A DNA stretch of 64,000 nt from Octopus sinensis (taxonomy: Eukaryota). Made by a program: the position numbers and the translations under genes. Shown here one piece after another: positions 1 through 14,860 of this stretch. Under the pieces are notes generated by a model. It was not told the DNA's origin, did not search any database, and worked only from the letters and a program-made list of their open reading frames with translations. Positions within the stretch are counted from its first letter, which is position 1, and each line of letters starts with the position of its first letter. The stretch spans positions 132,494,001 to 132,558,000 of the forward strand of contig NC_043000.1 of assembly GCF_006345805.1 (NCBI RefSeq), given 5' to 3'.

Positions 1-19
1 CTATAATCTAATATATTTT

Positions 20-628
20 CTGAAAAGTTCCTAGCTTAACGGGTATCGCAAAAAGCCTTGTTGGAGACTCAACCTTCCGAGTTCTTTTACAGGGATTAGT
101 GGAGGCGCAATGGCCCAGTGGTTAGGGCAGCGGACTCGCGGTTGGAGGATCGCGGTTTCGATTCCCAGACCGGGCATTGTGAGTGTTTATTGATCGAAAA
201 CACCTAAAGCTCCACGAGGCTCCGGCAGGGGGTGGTGGTGAACCCTGCTGTACTCTTTCACCACAACTTTCTCTCGCTCTTTCTTCCTGTTTCTCTTGTA
301 CCTGTATTTCAAAAGGCCAGCCTTGTCACATTCTGTGTGTCACGCTGAATCTTCCTGAGAACTACGTTAAGGGTACACGTGTCTGTGGAGTGCTCAGCCA
401 CTTACACGTTAATTTCATGAGCAGGCTGTTCCGTTGATCGTATCAGCTGGGACCCTCATCGTCGCAACCGACGGAGTGCTCCTAAAAAAAACAGGGATTA
501 GTAGAACTGAAGAACTGCTGCAATAAGTGTGTGAAACTGCAAGGGGAATATGTTGTATAAAATCATGGTTAATTGATCTTCCCGTTTTTTTCTTTTAAAG
601 CCAGGAACTTTTCAGCACCCTGTTGTAT
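20..628 (+). mobile_element. Internally deleted mariner relic/MITE interrupted by a SINE
   Basis: Inverted termini CTGAAAAGTTCCTAGCTT (20-37) / AAGCCAGGAACTTTTCAG (598-615). Remnant mariner C-terminal coding (LETQPSEFFY...CNKCVKLQGEYV) lies on both sides of the SINE. Confidence 0.65.
101..490 (+). mobile_element. tRNA-derived SINE, family A, full length
   Basis: tRNA-like head with A/B-box-like motifs (TGGCCCAGTGG...GTTTCGATTCC) and an A tail. Target-site duplication ACAGGGATTAGT at 89-100 and 491-502. Other copies at 18975 and 49163. Confidence 0.9.
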
Positions 629-1567
629 ATACAAAAAAGATACTGATTGGACTGAGAAGCTGCATTATTAGTTCAATGACTTAGAGACTCGTGCAAAAGC
701 ACTTATCAAACTACTTGATAAGTGCGACGCACGTAACTATCATCCCTTGAGTCACTGATGCTGCTTATCATAGCAAATAATATAATAATATAAAGCACTC
801 TGGTTAATGTCTTGAGTTCTAGTTTCCCATTTGTATAAACAACCCTAATACATACATACATACAAGCATACATACGTACATACATACATACATACAAGCA
901 TACATATAGGAAGGATATAGGGGTGTTAAAATAAATATAGATATTAAGTTGCATTTAATTGGTGTTTATAAATGCATGCAATTAAGTGAACAAACAACCG
1001 CTCGGTTACAAGGGCACAGTTATATATATATATTCATAAGCATTGTACATATGCACACACACACACGCACATGCACACATACATACGCATACACTCACAC
1101 GTGCTAATAGATAAGGCTGCATCGCTAAGAAAAACACAAACGCACATTCCCATTCACTCTCATAAAGAAGGCACTTATGATGATACAAACTGACAAATAC
1201 ACATACATTCCTGTACACGCATGCAAAAATGAACCTCTCCAGAAGGTTATCTCGGCGGCGGCGCTCGACCTGCTAGAAATAGCAATCAAATCTCCCTCAA
1301 ATCAGAAACCGTCCTCTTAAAACAAAGAAGCAAGCATTAGTTAATGTAATCTTGCATATTCTTCAGGACATGTAGAACTACATTAACGGTGTGTGGCCTA
1401 GTGGTCTGGCTGTTGCGCTCGTGATTATAAGACTGCGATTTCGATTCTCAGACGATGTTCAAGTCTACACATTGCTAAATGAATTCCACTTATAGCTGAG
1501 CCGTTAAATCTGTGACAGAGCAGCGTACAATTCAGGGAGGAGTGTTGTAACCTCATTCGCATATACA

Positions 1568-1960
1568 CCTATTTCTTTACTACCTACAAGGGGCTAAACA
1601 CAGAGGGGACAAACAAGGACAGACAAACGGATTAAGTCGATTACATCGACCCCAGTGCTTAACTGGTACTTAATTTATCGACCCCGAAAGGATGAAAGGC
1701 AAAGTCGACTTCGGCAGACGAAATACCTATTTCTTTATTACCCACAAGGGGCTAAACACAGAGGGGACAAACAAGGACAGACATAGGTATTAAGTCGATT
1801 ACATCGACCCCAGTGCGTAACTGGTACTTAATTTATCGACCCCGAAAGGATGAAAGGCAAAGTCGACCTCGGCGGAATTTGAACTCACAACGTAACGCAG
1901 ACGAAATACCGCTAAGCATTTCGCCTGGCGTGCTAATGTTTCTGCCAGTTCGCCGCCTTA
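1568..1960 (-). mobile_element. tRNA-derived SINE, family B, with tandem partial duplication of its 3' half
   Basis: Minus strand starts AGGCGGCGAACTGGCAGAAAC, has B-box GAGTTCAAATTCC and central GCCTTTCATCCTTTCGGGGTCGATAAA. About 10 related copies in the window. Confidence 0.85.
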
Positions 1961-2096
1961 TTTACCATGAAAACCGAATTAAGCTCCAACTTTATGAACT
2001 CTCGGGCTCATGACAGACCAACTTCTATATGGCTCTGAAATAGTGGAAGGATCGTGACTGGAATGCCCTGGAAAATAATTTTGCCTTATCAAGGGT

Positions 2097-2417
2097 GGCA
2101 CTCTGTCAGTTACGACGACAGGGGTCCCAGTTGATCCGATCAACGGAACAGCCTGCTCGTGAAATTAACGTGCAAGTGACTGAGCCAACTCCATAGACAC
2201 GCGTATCCTTAACGAAGTTCCCATGGAGATTCAGCTTGATACAGAATGTGACCAGGCTGACCCTTTGAAATACAGGTACTACATTTTTGCCAGCTGAGTG
2301 GACTGGAGCAACATGAAATAAAGTGTCTTGCTCAAGGACACAAAGCGCCGCCAGGAATCGAACTCACAATCTTACAGTCGTTATGCCGAATATCCTAACC
2401 ACTTATCCACGCGCCTT
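2097..2417 (-). mobile_element. SINE with family-E-like head/core and family-A 3' half
   Basis: 13-bp TSD CCTTATCAAGGGT at 2084-2096 and 2418-2430. tRNA-like head, core TCCTTGAGCAAGACACTTTATTTCATGTTGCTCC, and a 3' part matching family A. Confidence 0.8.
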
Positions 2418-3876
2418 CCTTATCAAGGGTAACCAGGGGCTAACTAACATCAACGTTGGACTCTTAAAAGGTTCTCGTATAATAAGAATATTTTTTTACT
2501 GTTTAATCAGGGATCAGAAGGACACCCACGGCCCGAAATTGTTTTCGGGACTTGTGAAAACTAGAAAGGGGTCAGGTGGTGGAAGTTATCCTCAAATCAG
2601 TGATGTAGATAGAATGTGTACCACGAGGGACAGCCTTTGAGTTTGCTCCCCACCCCCAGCCTATTCAGGTTTATACAGCTGGCTCTACAGCGCTACTGCC
2701 CTTAAAGCGTCGCCTGGGACGGGCGCTCTTTTCTCCCGTATACGCTAGTCCTCAAACTGGAGACCCAGCCCGAATGCTTAAGACAGAGTGAACTCCGCTA
2801 AAAGCATCGCGGGATCAGTTGATGATGCCAAAACAGACAAAATGTCGAAGTCCTTCACGCAAGAACTCAACGCAATGAGTCGGAAAAATAGTACCACATA
2901 GAATCTCGGTAGATGTTCTAACTGAAAACTATTCTACCGCCCCTTGAGAGGTACTAGTATATGATAACTACTTAGAGTAAGAACGGAAAAAGACGACTCT
3001 GATGGAATTCGAACTCGGAACGTTGTGAGCCGGAACATACACTACGCCAATTTGACGTATTTCGATCGGTGACTCTCACTTTGGTCATGTTTTTTCGTAT
3101 TTATATGTAGAATAACAGCAATTAAGAAAGGCTTGGAGCAGAATTAAACATTTTTTGAGGAGAGTATTACAAAAATGAATTCAAAGACCCAGTCTTCGCT
3201 GATCGAACATATAATAAATAATATACAAACAATTCAGAAACGTAGATACATTTATGCATACCTGTATGTGTGTTATGTGTGTGTATGAGTATGTGCTTAT
3301 GCGTGTTGTTGATATTTAGCCCCAGGTCAATTCCGATAGAACTGAGCAGACCTATGATCAAAGACATTCCCGCCGTAACAAGTTCAGAGCTATCCAGAAT
3401 TACGTTATCTAATAAACAATTTCTTTCGTTTTGAATACGGCAGGATGGGATTTGGCTGTTATTTTTAGCAGGTCGAACAACGTGTTACACGTACAGGCTT
3501 CTGTGTTTTGCTGGTTGTCATGTATGCATGTATTTGTGTTGTGTGTGAGTGTGTTTGCGTGTTTATGTGACTGTGTCCATGAGTATGGATTTAGTAGCTG
3601 ATGTTATGTACACAGCGTCGCACACTGAGATAAAAACCGTATTATTATTGTTTACTAACTGGTGACACGAGGAAAACTAGTGGTTTATCCAAACTCATAG
3701 ACTTAACTGATGCCAGCTTAGTAAACACTCTCTGTCATATACGCATGCACACATTCTCAAATTTGGTATGGTACTAGCGTAAACAAAACGCCAATTCAAC
3801 AAGTGTTCATGTTTTCATAAGAGCTAAGTACAGACGTTCACTCTACACACATGCACACACGTCTCTCTCTATATAT

Positions 3877-4072
3877 AGGGGAGAATTCACGAAAAAAACA
3901 AAACAAAAGACGAAGACAGGTGGTGTAGAAAACAAACAGATGTATTAGTATAACGCTCGGGAATTGAAAAAGTCTTTCACGTTTCGAGCCTACGCTCTTC
4001 CACAGAAAGGAACAGAGAGAAACAAGGAGAGAAAAAAAAATGTGTGTAGTGGCTACCGATCTATCATGACGA
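3877..4072 (-). mobile_element. Short non-coding element family D with hammerhead-like motif (3973-4010), beside (TA)n
   Basis: Minus strand CTTT-CTGTGGA-A-GAGC-gtag-GCTC-GAAAC-GTG-AAAG. Homologous copies at 15610, 37781, 48570 and 63641. Confidence 0.7.
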
Positions 4073-4075
4073 ATT

Positions 4076-4080
4076 ATATG

Positions 4081-4157
<77 letters not shown>

Positions 4158-4290
4158 ATAATATATATATATATATATATTATATATGTATGTATATTAT
4201 ATATATTTATATTTATATATGTATGTATAATATATATTTATATTTATATATGTAAGTATATATATATATTTATATTATATATATTATATT

Positions 4291-4324
<34 letters not shown>

Positions 4325-4350
4325 TGTATGTATGTATGTATGTATGTATG
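4076..4350. repeat. (TA)n/(TATG)n microsatellite
   Basis: Directly visible simple repeat. Confidence 0.95.
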
Positions 4351-6550
4351 GTTAAATGTATACATGTATTAGCGATCTGAATAGATATCTCGTTGGGCTC
4401 TCTTGAAATAATTCTTTATGAAATAGAAAGTAGCCAAATTTCAGGATGAAAACACACACACACACACACACACAGACACGCACGCACACACGCACGCACA
4501 CACATATACACAGATATGTTCATCAGCCATATATTCTAGGAGGTCCCACAAAGTGTATAGGTGTTGCTCTCCGATTAATTTCATGTATTGAAAGTTAACA
4601 GTAGTATGGTCCAATGTATTACTGGTATTCAGTTCATGGTTAGCCTAGAAATTAAAGCTTATGTTAAGACACCGTAATCTGATGCGCTTCTCTACAGTCC
4701 GCTGCCCCTACTAGGCGGGCCAGCTAAGTGTTTTATGCAGGTGCTCAACGTTTCGCCAGGCTTTTACGAACCTGAGACAACTAGTGTGTGTGTGTGTGTA
4801 TTCGAGAATTCTATCCGAATATAAATAAGCTGGAAAGTTCATAAGGGATGTTATAGTAGAAAATTAATAAGTTCAGGGAATGAATGAAACTTGCCCTTTG
4901 TCCAAGGTTGAGGGAAGAAAGAGAAAGTGTTGTTGTCGCTGGAGTCGTAGATAGATATATGACCATACATGCATATAAGGTGGGATTCCTCGTAAGCAGA
5001 GGAAGATGTATACCTGGTGGTGGATGTCTGCGCATGATGAGGTTATTGCTCACCAGCTCACCATAAACATTTTTAAGCCACAAAGTGTGCATACTGGACT
5101 GGCGGAGAATCTTGCCTCTCACAATATAGAAGCATTTCTCATGGCACCAGCAGGCAAATGAAAAAGGTGTTGCCCGGAGGATAACGAGGGAGATGCTAAC
5201 TTCTAATCAGAAATCAGAAACCCTGATGTTCTTGCTGTTCTTGCTGTTGTGACTGTGATCTAGTTTCGTGTCAGATCTTATCAAGCAACGCTATGATCAA
5301 AACGTTCCAGTCAAACCCCCAGAAGAACATCATTCAATGTGAAATTCCTGTTTTAAGACGGACAAAACATGTTTTGTGGGAAACATTTGACTACAATTTC
5401 TTAGCAGACAGAGATAACGATGAACAGTAGCAGGGGAACCATTATTTACGGGCAAAATTTCGCCCGCATTCAGATTCGAAACCGTTCGTTGACGGAGCAC
5501 ATAGGACAAAAATAAAGATAAAATAAAACATTTTAAAAATATAAGGAAAAACCCGTTTAATCTTTGAGACAGAAACTATAATTAAATATAATTTGTAACC
5601 TATGAATTTGTAAAATTAAAGATTTATTATTTTATTTAGCCTAGATGCACCTCCGTAGGTTTGTATGTGTATATGGTTCTCTCTAGATGTTACAAAAAGT
5701 TCCTCATGCTTTATGTAGAGACTTCGAAGAACTGAAACCATAACTGGACAGGCTTTGCTTTTGTTAAACTTAGGACTGTCAACCAAAGCAGAACATTTGC
5801 CAATGAATAGCGACCTGGATAAAATTTCTTGCACAGATTGGTTAAGTTCTGCATACAGAGTTCAAGACCCGCCGAGGTTGAATAGCTTTTCAAATCCTCC
5901 AGCGCCGACGAAATAAGTTGCGTCAAGCATCGGAAGGTTAACTGAATCGTAAAAATGAAAACATTTGTGGCCATGTGTATCATCACAGGAAACCAATACA
6001 GTATCAAAATATTGTTTACTGTTTACAGTAGTGAAGTATACAACACCGAGATCCCCCGGGGGAGTTTCTAAACGGAAATTCGATCTGACTGAAACAGCAG
6101 CCAAACTCTCATTAAACCACATCTTATCTTAAAAATACTACAATGGATAATGTAACCAGGAGTAAACTTATTCCTCGCAAAAGATGGATTGGTCATGGCT
6201 GGAATGCTTCAGCTGATTGTTCTGTTCGATCAGAGCCATATGATAATAATATATTCTATATACAGTTGGATGGACAATTTGTAAAACACTGACCATTCAG
6301 TTGATTCTTTACTTTTTTCGTTTGTATCATCTACTCTCTGTCTTTTACACTTTTTGTCTTTCTTCGTATTTCTTTCTTTCTTCCTTCCTTCCTTTCATTC
6401 TTTTTCTGTCTTTCTTTTTTCTTTCCTTCTTCCTTCCTTTCTTTCTGTCTTTCTTTTTTTCTTTCCTTCCTTCTTTCTTTTTGTTTCTTTTTCTTTCTCT
6501 CTCTCACGCATACATGCTCTCTGTCTCTCTCTCTCTCTCTATATATATCC

Positions 6551-6606
<56 letters not shown>

Positions 6607-7331
6607 CAAATCAACGAAGGACCAAACATCTCCTCAGTCCAGTCCATTGCCTTGCTAGATAAAACAACCAAATTCCCACCACTCTTCACCCTTGTGCCCC
6701 GCCCTGGATAGGAAGGGGTAAGCAAAAGCGCACTGCATTGCGTTTGAGAACACAACATCCAATACATTGTTGATCAACAACTCCATATAGAAACAGAAGG
6801 GAAAATCGAAGGGGATAACAATGAGAATAAGGAACAAAAACAAAAAAAATCACTAAATAAACAGACACAAGGCATAATGCGGACATGGTTGCATTATGGC
6901 TGGGGAAAAAGACGTGATGGTCACGATTGGAATATCTTTGATCGTAGCAATAATACATAACATTGCATACAGTCTCTCCATTTCTCTCTCTCTCTATCAT
7001 TCTATCTGTTATTCTCTCTTCATTACGTACGCAAACGTGTGTGAGTGTATGTGCATGTGTGAGTTTCAGTGTAATAATGTGTGTGTGTGTGTGTATGTGT
7101 GCGCGCGCGCAGTAGTGTGCGCATGCATGTGTATGGATGTGCATGTGTCTGTATGCATACGTATATATGTTTCGTATATATGTATGTGTGTGGAAGAAAA
7201 TGATGTTGACTGGAATCGATCCAGCGTATGACAGGTACATATTTCATTTTTAAAAAAATCTCTGGATCACAAAATATCAAGCTATTTATCATGTTAGGGG
7301 ATAAAATCAATATTTTTACATACACGCGCGT

Positions 7332-7362
<31 letters not shown>

Positions 7363-8704
7363 TTCATTTACATACCCATCCATACATACGTACATGTATG
7401 CATGCATGCACACATACATATATTTAATGGAGCTTGGAATATTGAGAACTTATGAAAGCATATAAACAAACGGAATAGAGAGAATAAGAACACAAGAGAA
7501 TACATTACATTATTCTAGTTTATACGAAGGGTAGGAGAATTTAGATGAAGAGGTCAACAATCTGCCTTGTTATTTGATCAACATTACTTTAGTTCAGTAG
7601 CTCGCTGCCGTGAGTTCAAATCATATTGGATGCAACTTCGCATTTCATCGTTCTGGGTTCGATGAAGCAAGTACTTGTAAAACACTAATGTCATTTGTTC
7701 TCACTCATATAATTAACATTATGTTGAAAATAAAAAAAAAATATTTATGTTCAATTACGGAAGTTAATATATTTTTAACTAAGCACTTGTCAAGTTATTA
7801 GGGTCGATCTAATTGACTATATATTTTAATTATATACATCCCACGAACATTTGCGGCCGTGTACCTATGTTAGATATTGAATGCACTCACACGCATAAAT
7901 ATTTACGTACATGCATAATCATACAAACACAGTTACACACACATACAAGAATGCATTAAATAGCTTGAAAGACAGTTCTAAAATAAAATTTGCGCGTAAG
8001 TGAACATGCATGGAGAGTTGGATGTTAGATTGACGTAACTGCTAAAACGCATTTTAAGATCGAGCCAAAGTTAGTCACTTTACGTGTAAAAGAAAACTCG
8101 AAGCAAACACACAACTCCAGCTCCTGACAGAATAACATGTGTGCGTGTGTAAAAGGGATTCGTAAAATATAGTATCACTGTTATTTTTAATCTGTTTTGT
8201 TGGCATCTATGTTTGTACATTTAAACTAAACATTGATATTACACGCGAGTAAACATTCACATATATATACAAATATATATACATACACATACATACATAT
8301 ATATATATATTATCAATAATAAAAGGGTAAAATTAATTAATTATTAATTAATTTTACCAAGTAGTGTTCATTCAGTATGTAAAAAGACCATTTAAGGTAT
8401 ATTTAAAACATTACGTTATATAATTAGGGTTCAGTAAAATAATTTACTTTACCGCACACCGAACTTTTAGATACAGCAGCCAAAAAATCTTAGCTATTTC
8501 TTCTACTATAAGAAAAATCTCCCTGACGATGCATACTCAAAAATATATATATACATATATATATATGTATATATGTATCTGTGTGTATGTATACGTGTTG
8601 TGCGGCAACAAGATTTGAAAGTCGCGGTTAATATTTGCAGTTATCAACAGTCTCCAATGAAAGTGGGAAAGAGAAGAAAGCTAAAGCGATAAAGAATAAC
8701 TTAC

Positions 8705-8887
8705 CTTTTCTTGCTTGGTAAATAACAGCGAGAGCGAACCAAAACGAACAATGAAGCAAACAGTGGCTTCCAAGAGCCCAGAAAAAAAAGCCACCACTGT
8801 CTCCACTACCACCTCCGCACCACCTTTAACACCACAGCAGCAACAACAACGACAACAACAAATAATAATAATAATGTTAATAATAAC

Positions 8888-8929
<42 letters not shown>

Positions 8930-9110
8930 GCAGCAGCAGCAGTTTGAAACAGAAGCGCGACAACGATCACCACCAATAACAACAACTACAACAAGAACGG
9001 TGGCGGCGGCGGCAGCAGCGGTAGCAGCAGCAGCAGCAGCAGCAGCAGCAACTAATTAAAGTCTTGCGTTCCTCTAAACACTTCTAGAAAGAAGGGCGCA
9101 AAGGGGGAGA
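8705..9110 (-). other. Candidate non-coding (5' UTR-like) exon of a host gene
   Basis: Perfect donor AAG|GTAAGT on the minus strand at 8705/8704. Non-TE, GC/triplet-rich sequence with CT-rich tracts upstream. The 5' boundary is a guess. Confidence 0.3.
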
Positions 9111-9496
9111 TGCGAAAGACGAGAAAGATAAAGAGAGAAAAAGAGAGGGAGGGTGGGAGGAGAGCGAGAGAGAGAGAGAGAGAGAGAAAGTCTGTTTCTT
9201 CGGGGCTTCATTCGGGATGATGGGTATAAATTCTTGCGGCTTTACCGCATTTTTTTGTTTTTGTTTTTGTTTTTGTTTTTGTTTTTTGTCTCCAAGGGTG
9301 TGTTAAAGAATATGAGGTGGCGATTCAGAGGTGGTTGGAAGGGTCCAACTCCGCCTTTTTAGATACCTATACTTTGATATTGATGTTGTTACTGTTTATT
9401 TTTGGTGCTGCTAGTTTATTCCTTGCTTCTGATAGATTGATAAATAGATGAATGGATAGATGGATAGATGGATAGTGAGTGAGTGTGAAAGGGAGC

Positions 9497-10229
<733 letters not shown>

Positions 10230-10230
<1 letters not shown>

Positions 10231-10279
10231 AGATAGATAGATATATAGACAGACAGACAGGCAGACAAACAGACAGACC

Positions 10280-10317
<38 letters not shown>

Positions 10318-10330
10318 CAGGCAGACAGTC

Positions 10331-10413
<83 letters not shown>

Positions 10414-10482
10414 CAGATAGACAGGCAGACAGACAGACAAACAGAGAGACAGACAGACAAACAGACAGACAGATAGACAGTC

Positions 10483-10546
<64 letters not shown>
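10230..10546. repeat. (GATA)n/(GACA)n microsatellite
   Basis: Directly visible. Confidence 0.95.
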
Positions 10547-10547
<1 letters not shown>

Positions 10548-11737
10548 TGTATAGCGAGAGAAAGAGAGGAGGATAGATAAATAAAGAAAAAGAGTACGGG
10601 AGGAAAAGAGGCTGAGAGTAAGAACAGCAGAAATAGAAGTCAACGTGTTAGAAAAAGTGGATGGATAGAGGCGAAGAAAAGAGGGAAGGAGAAAGGCAGA
10701 GAGGTAGTAAAATAAAGAACGAAAAAGGAGGGGAAGAAGAGAGGGTAGAGGAATAGGCAAGGAATATTGGGCGAGGAAAATGAAACAAGAAAACAGAATG
10801 AGGGATGAGAAAGAGTTGTGAAAAAGAGGCGGAGTATAAGAACGAAGAGAAGAAAAATCTAAGGAAAGAAAAGGAAAAGAATATAGAGAAAAGTGAGAAT
10901 TTAGAGGAAAGGAAAGATGAAGAGAGAGAGAGGAGGAGAAGAAAGTGAAAGATGGAGTAGAAGAAAGTGTAGGAGAAACGAAATTATCAGTTGGTGGTCT
11001 TCCCCCTTAAGGGGACCATACTATGTTGAAGGATTACTTCGACTACTGTGGCTGGCTGGCTGGCTGCTGCGGTTGCTGTTGCGAGGATGATGCGAACGGG
11101 GGGGGGGGGGGTTGGCAAGATTCTACGTGGAGTGAGGGATTAGAGTCTGATGCTGATGTTGTAGATGTTGCAGGCAGTGTTATTGTTGTTGTTGTTGTTG
11201 TTGTTGGAGGTGTTATTGTGGCTGTGGCGGCGGCGGCGGCGGCAGTGCAGCGAGGGAGAACGTGTGGAGGAAGAGGTCAGCCCTTTAAACTGTAACTCGC
11301 TTTGCTTTATATATTCTTAACGTCGTCTGCTGCCGCAACTGTAGGAGCAAAATAAATGATGTTACAGACTCCAGGGAATTGAAACGATTCCCTTTGTAAC
11401 CGGGATTTCTTTGCATAAACCTGTTCCATTTATCATCGTGCTTCTTTTCAGTTCTTTACTTCGTCTTTAGCCATCAAGACTAAGGCCATGCTGGAGCACA
11501 CTGACTTTCTTTTTGTTTGTTTGTTTGTTTTTCTATGAGTGATGATTGATATAGGCTGGGGCGGAATTGGGGAAAAAGACAAATGGTTAGCATTCATGCT
11601 TTTCTCAAAAGAAAGAATCGAGACGAAACGAAATGAAGTGAATCGAAACCAGCCCGCGCCTTCCACTCGGTTCACCGAGAACTTGCAACACATAGCAGAC
11701 ATTCGTAACCGATATTTTTGCAAGGCACACACACACA

Positions 11738-11788
<51 letters not shown>

Positions 11789-12152
11789 TGTGCCCCCAGC
11801 ATGGCCGCAGTCCATTGACTGGAGAAATAAACTCTCCAAGATAACAACAACAACAAAAACATAACAACGACAACAAAAGAAATAAAACAAGTTGAATAAT
11901 TTCTAACATTTTTACAAATCCCAAAATTTACAAGGTGGAAGGGGAGAGTATTGACTTGACTTGATTCAACTGATCGCCTAGTGTATTACTGGTATTAGTT
12001 TTATCCAACCAGGAAAAATAAACCCAAATACAAACCCGGAGGATTTGATAAGATCAAAAGCAAATAAATACCACGAAATCTTTGGTGCAAAATCTACCGG
12101 TTCTGTCACAAATAATAATAATAACAACAACAACAACAATAATAATAATAAC

Positions 12153-12199
<47 letters not shown>

Positions 12200-12203
<4 letters not shown>

Positions 12204-12646
12204 CCTTTCTAATAAAGGCACAAGGTCTGAAATTTGGGGGCAGGCGACTGGAATTTTAGGGGAGGTGGATAATCGATTACATCGAACCCCAGTACTCGAC
12301 AGTACTTATTTTATCGACCCCGAAAGGATGAAAGGCGAAGTCGACTTCGGCGGAATTTGATCTCTGAACGTAACGACGGACGAAATGCTTAGCGGCATTT
12401 TGTCCGATATGCTATCGATTCTGCCAGCTCGCCACCCTAATAATAATGATAATCATAACAATAATAATAATCCTTTCTGTTATAGGCACAAGGCCTGAAG
12501 TTTTGGAGGAGGGTGCAGACCATTAAATCGACCCCAGTGCTCAACTGGTACTTATGTCATCGACCTCGAAAGGATGATAGGCAAAATCGATCTCGGCGGA
12601 ACTTGAACTCAAAAGTATTTCGCCCGGCGTGCTAACGATTGTGCCA

Positions 12647-12714
<68 letters not shown>

Positions 12715-13125
12715 CAACAACAACAACAATAACAACAACAACAACAACAATAATACATGTACATTGCTTTGCTTTGGTATAAAAGATGGGCTGCAACAAA
12801 TATTTTGCTCAATACCACAGATGTGCTTGTCAGTTGCTTCACCTTAACCAGTTGAGCATGACGATATGTGCATCTCTGATCACGAGCAGGAGTAGTGGGG
12901 GAGCATCATAGCTATGTGTTGAGAGGAATTCTTTGGGGTTTGGATAATTCACCTCTGGAATATGGGTGTTTCGATCAACATCCTTAAAGGTCATGCGAAT
13001 ATATGGCTGTGATGCATGTGCCTGGTGTACCCTTATCAGACGGGTAATCATGATGGGTATATTGGGCTTCGCATAATTGTACCCCAGTGTCACTTTGATG
13101 CATTGCGCTGCTCTCACACTCAATG

Positions 13126-13185
<60 letters not shown>

Positions 13186-13665
13186 TAATAATAATAATAA
13201 TAATAACGATAATAATAATAATAATGATAATAATCTCAAATTTTTGCGCAAGTGCAGTAATTTCGGGGAGGAGTTAAGTCGATTACACTGACTCCAGTAC
13301 TCAACTAGTACTTATTCCATCGACTCCGAACGATTGAAAGGCAAAGTCGACTTCGGCAGAATTTGAACTCAGAAAGTAAAGGGCCGAAAGAAATGCCGCT
13401 AGGTATTTTGTTTGTCGCACTATGGAGTCTGCCAGTTCGCCGCCTTATGGCTTCAAAATTCGACACAATATTGGCAATTATAGAGGAGGGAGTAAGTCGA
13501 TTACATCGACCCGGTGCTTAACTGCTACTTATTTTATTGACCCCAAAGGGATGAAAGGCAAAGTCAGCCTCGGGGGAATTTGAATCCAGTACATAAAGGC
13601 CAGACGAAATACCGCTAAGCATTTTTTGCCCTGCGAGCTAAACATTCTGCCAGCTTACTGTCTTA
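12200..13665 (-). mobile_element. Cluster of four diverged family-B SINE copies interleaved with (TAA)n
   Basis: GAAAGGATGAAAGGCAAAGTCGAC-like core near 12320, 12565, 13335 and 13545. Confidence 0.75.
12755..13125 (+). mobile_element. Probable 3' end of a non-LTR retroelement with (TAA)n tail
   Basis: Unique ~370-bp block between (TAA/CAA)n tracts that runs directly into (TAA)n. No protein motif recognised. Confidence 0.35.
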
Positions 13666-13689
13666 AAATTAATGTTGTTAATAATGAGA

Positions 13690-14860
13690 AAATGCAGGCT
13701 TACCTATTTACCTAAACCAAGGTGAAAATAACTCACCTTTTTTATATGGATGAACTAAAACTATATACAAAATGTGAAAAAGACGTGGTTTCTCTGATCC
13801 AGAACTGTAAGAGTATTCAGCAAGGATATTAGAGTGAAGTTTGGGATAAATAGGTGCGCAGGGTTAATCATGAAGAGCGACAGGAAGGTTAATTCTAATG
13901 GTATAAAATTACGACATGACAGTATCATTAGTTCACTGTGGAATAATAAGGGATACAAATAATTAGGGGTGCTGCAAGACGCTAGGATAATAGAAGGAGA
14001 AATGAGAGAAAATTTTCCACATAGTACAATAGATGAATTAGGAAGGTGCTCGAAACAAAATTGAGTGGAAGAAATATCACTAAAGCATGAAATATATGGG
14101 CTGTGCCAGTATTAGGGTACTTTGTTCCTTTTCTAAAACTGACATGGATCAAGCTACAGAATTTATTTGGATAGAATAAGTAGGAAGCTGCTCACAATGC
14201 ACATTGTACACCACCCAACAAGTAATACCGTCTGACTCTACCTACCAAGAAGGAAAGAAGAAGATTATTAAATGCAGAAAATTGAGTTGTACGTATTGAA
14301 AAAAGTATGCTATCAGCGGCTAGGTGTGTTCAAAAGTTACTGAAACAGTAGAATTAAAAAAACAGAAAGAAGAACAAGAGAAGTAGCTGATGGAAAGAAA
14401 TTACATGACCAATTTATGCACCAAACTAAATATGTTGGGAATAAAGGACATTGGCTGTGGTTGACGAACAGTAACCTGAAACAAGAGACCGAAGTGCTAA
14501 TTAGGACAAATCTGATAAAGACAAGGATCCACAAAATTCTATCAGAGAGGAAATGTAGAATCTGTAAGGAAGGAGACTAATCATCTCTTAAGTGAATGTA
14601 GTAAGCTAGCACAAAAAGAGTATAAAAGTAGGCATGACTATGAAGGTAAAAGTATGCATTGGGACGTGTGAACCTAAATAACAGAAAAGTGGTATGGACA
14701 CAAACCGGAGGCAATGAAATATATCAAGAACTACAGAATTTAAGGGATTTCTCCATAAAGACTATACTATTGAATCAAAAAGACCAAATATCTTTATAGA
14801 GGACAAAAGAAACAAACGGTTTAAGACCATTAACTTTGCAATATATATCATAATAGGGTG
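13690..14860 (+). pseudogene. Degenerate R4/Dong-like non-LTR retrotransposon (RT C-terminus, zinc knuckle, RLE region)
   Basis: Translates in broken frames to ITHLFYMDELKLY (YMDD motif), SKDIRVKFG, CRICK...HLLSECSKLAQKEYKSRHD and KRPNI. Many stops and frameshifts. Confidence 0.75.

Noticed and set aside
101-175. tRNA-like sequences at SINE heads (also ~19582, ~35460, ~49163)
   Set aside because: They continue into repeated SINE bodies, several bounded by TSDs, so they are not tRNA genes.
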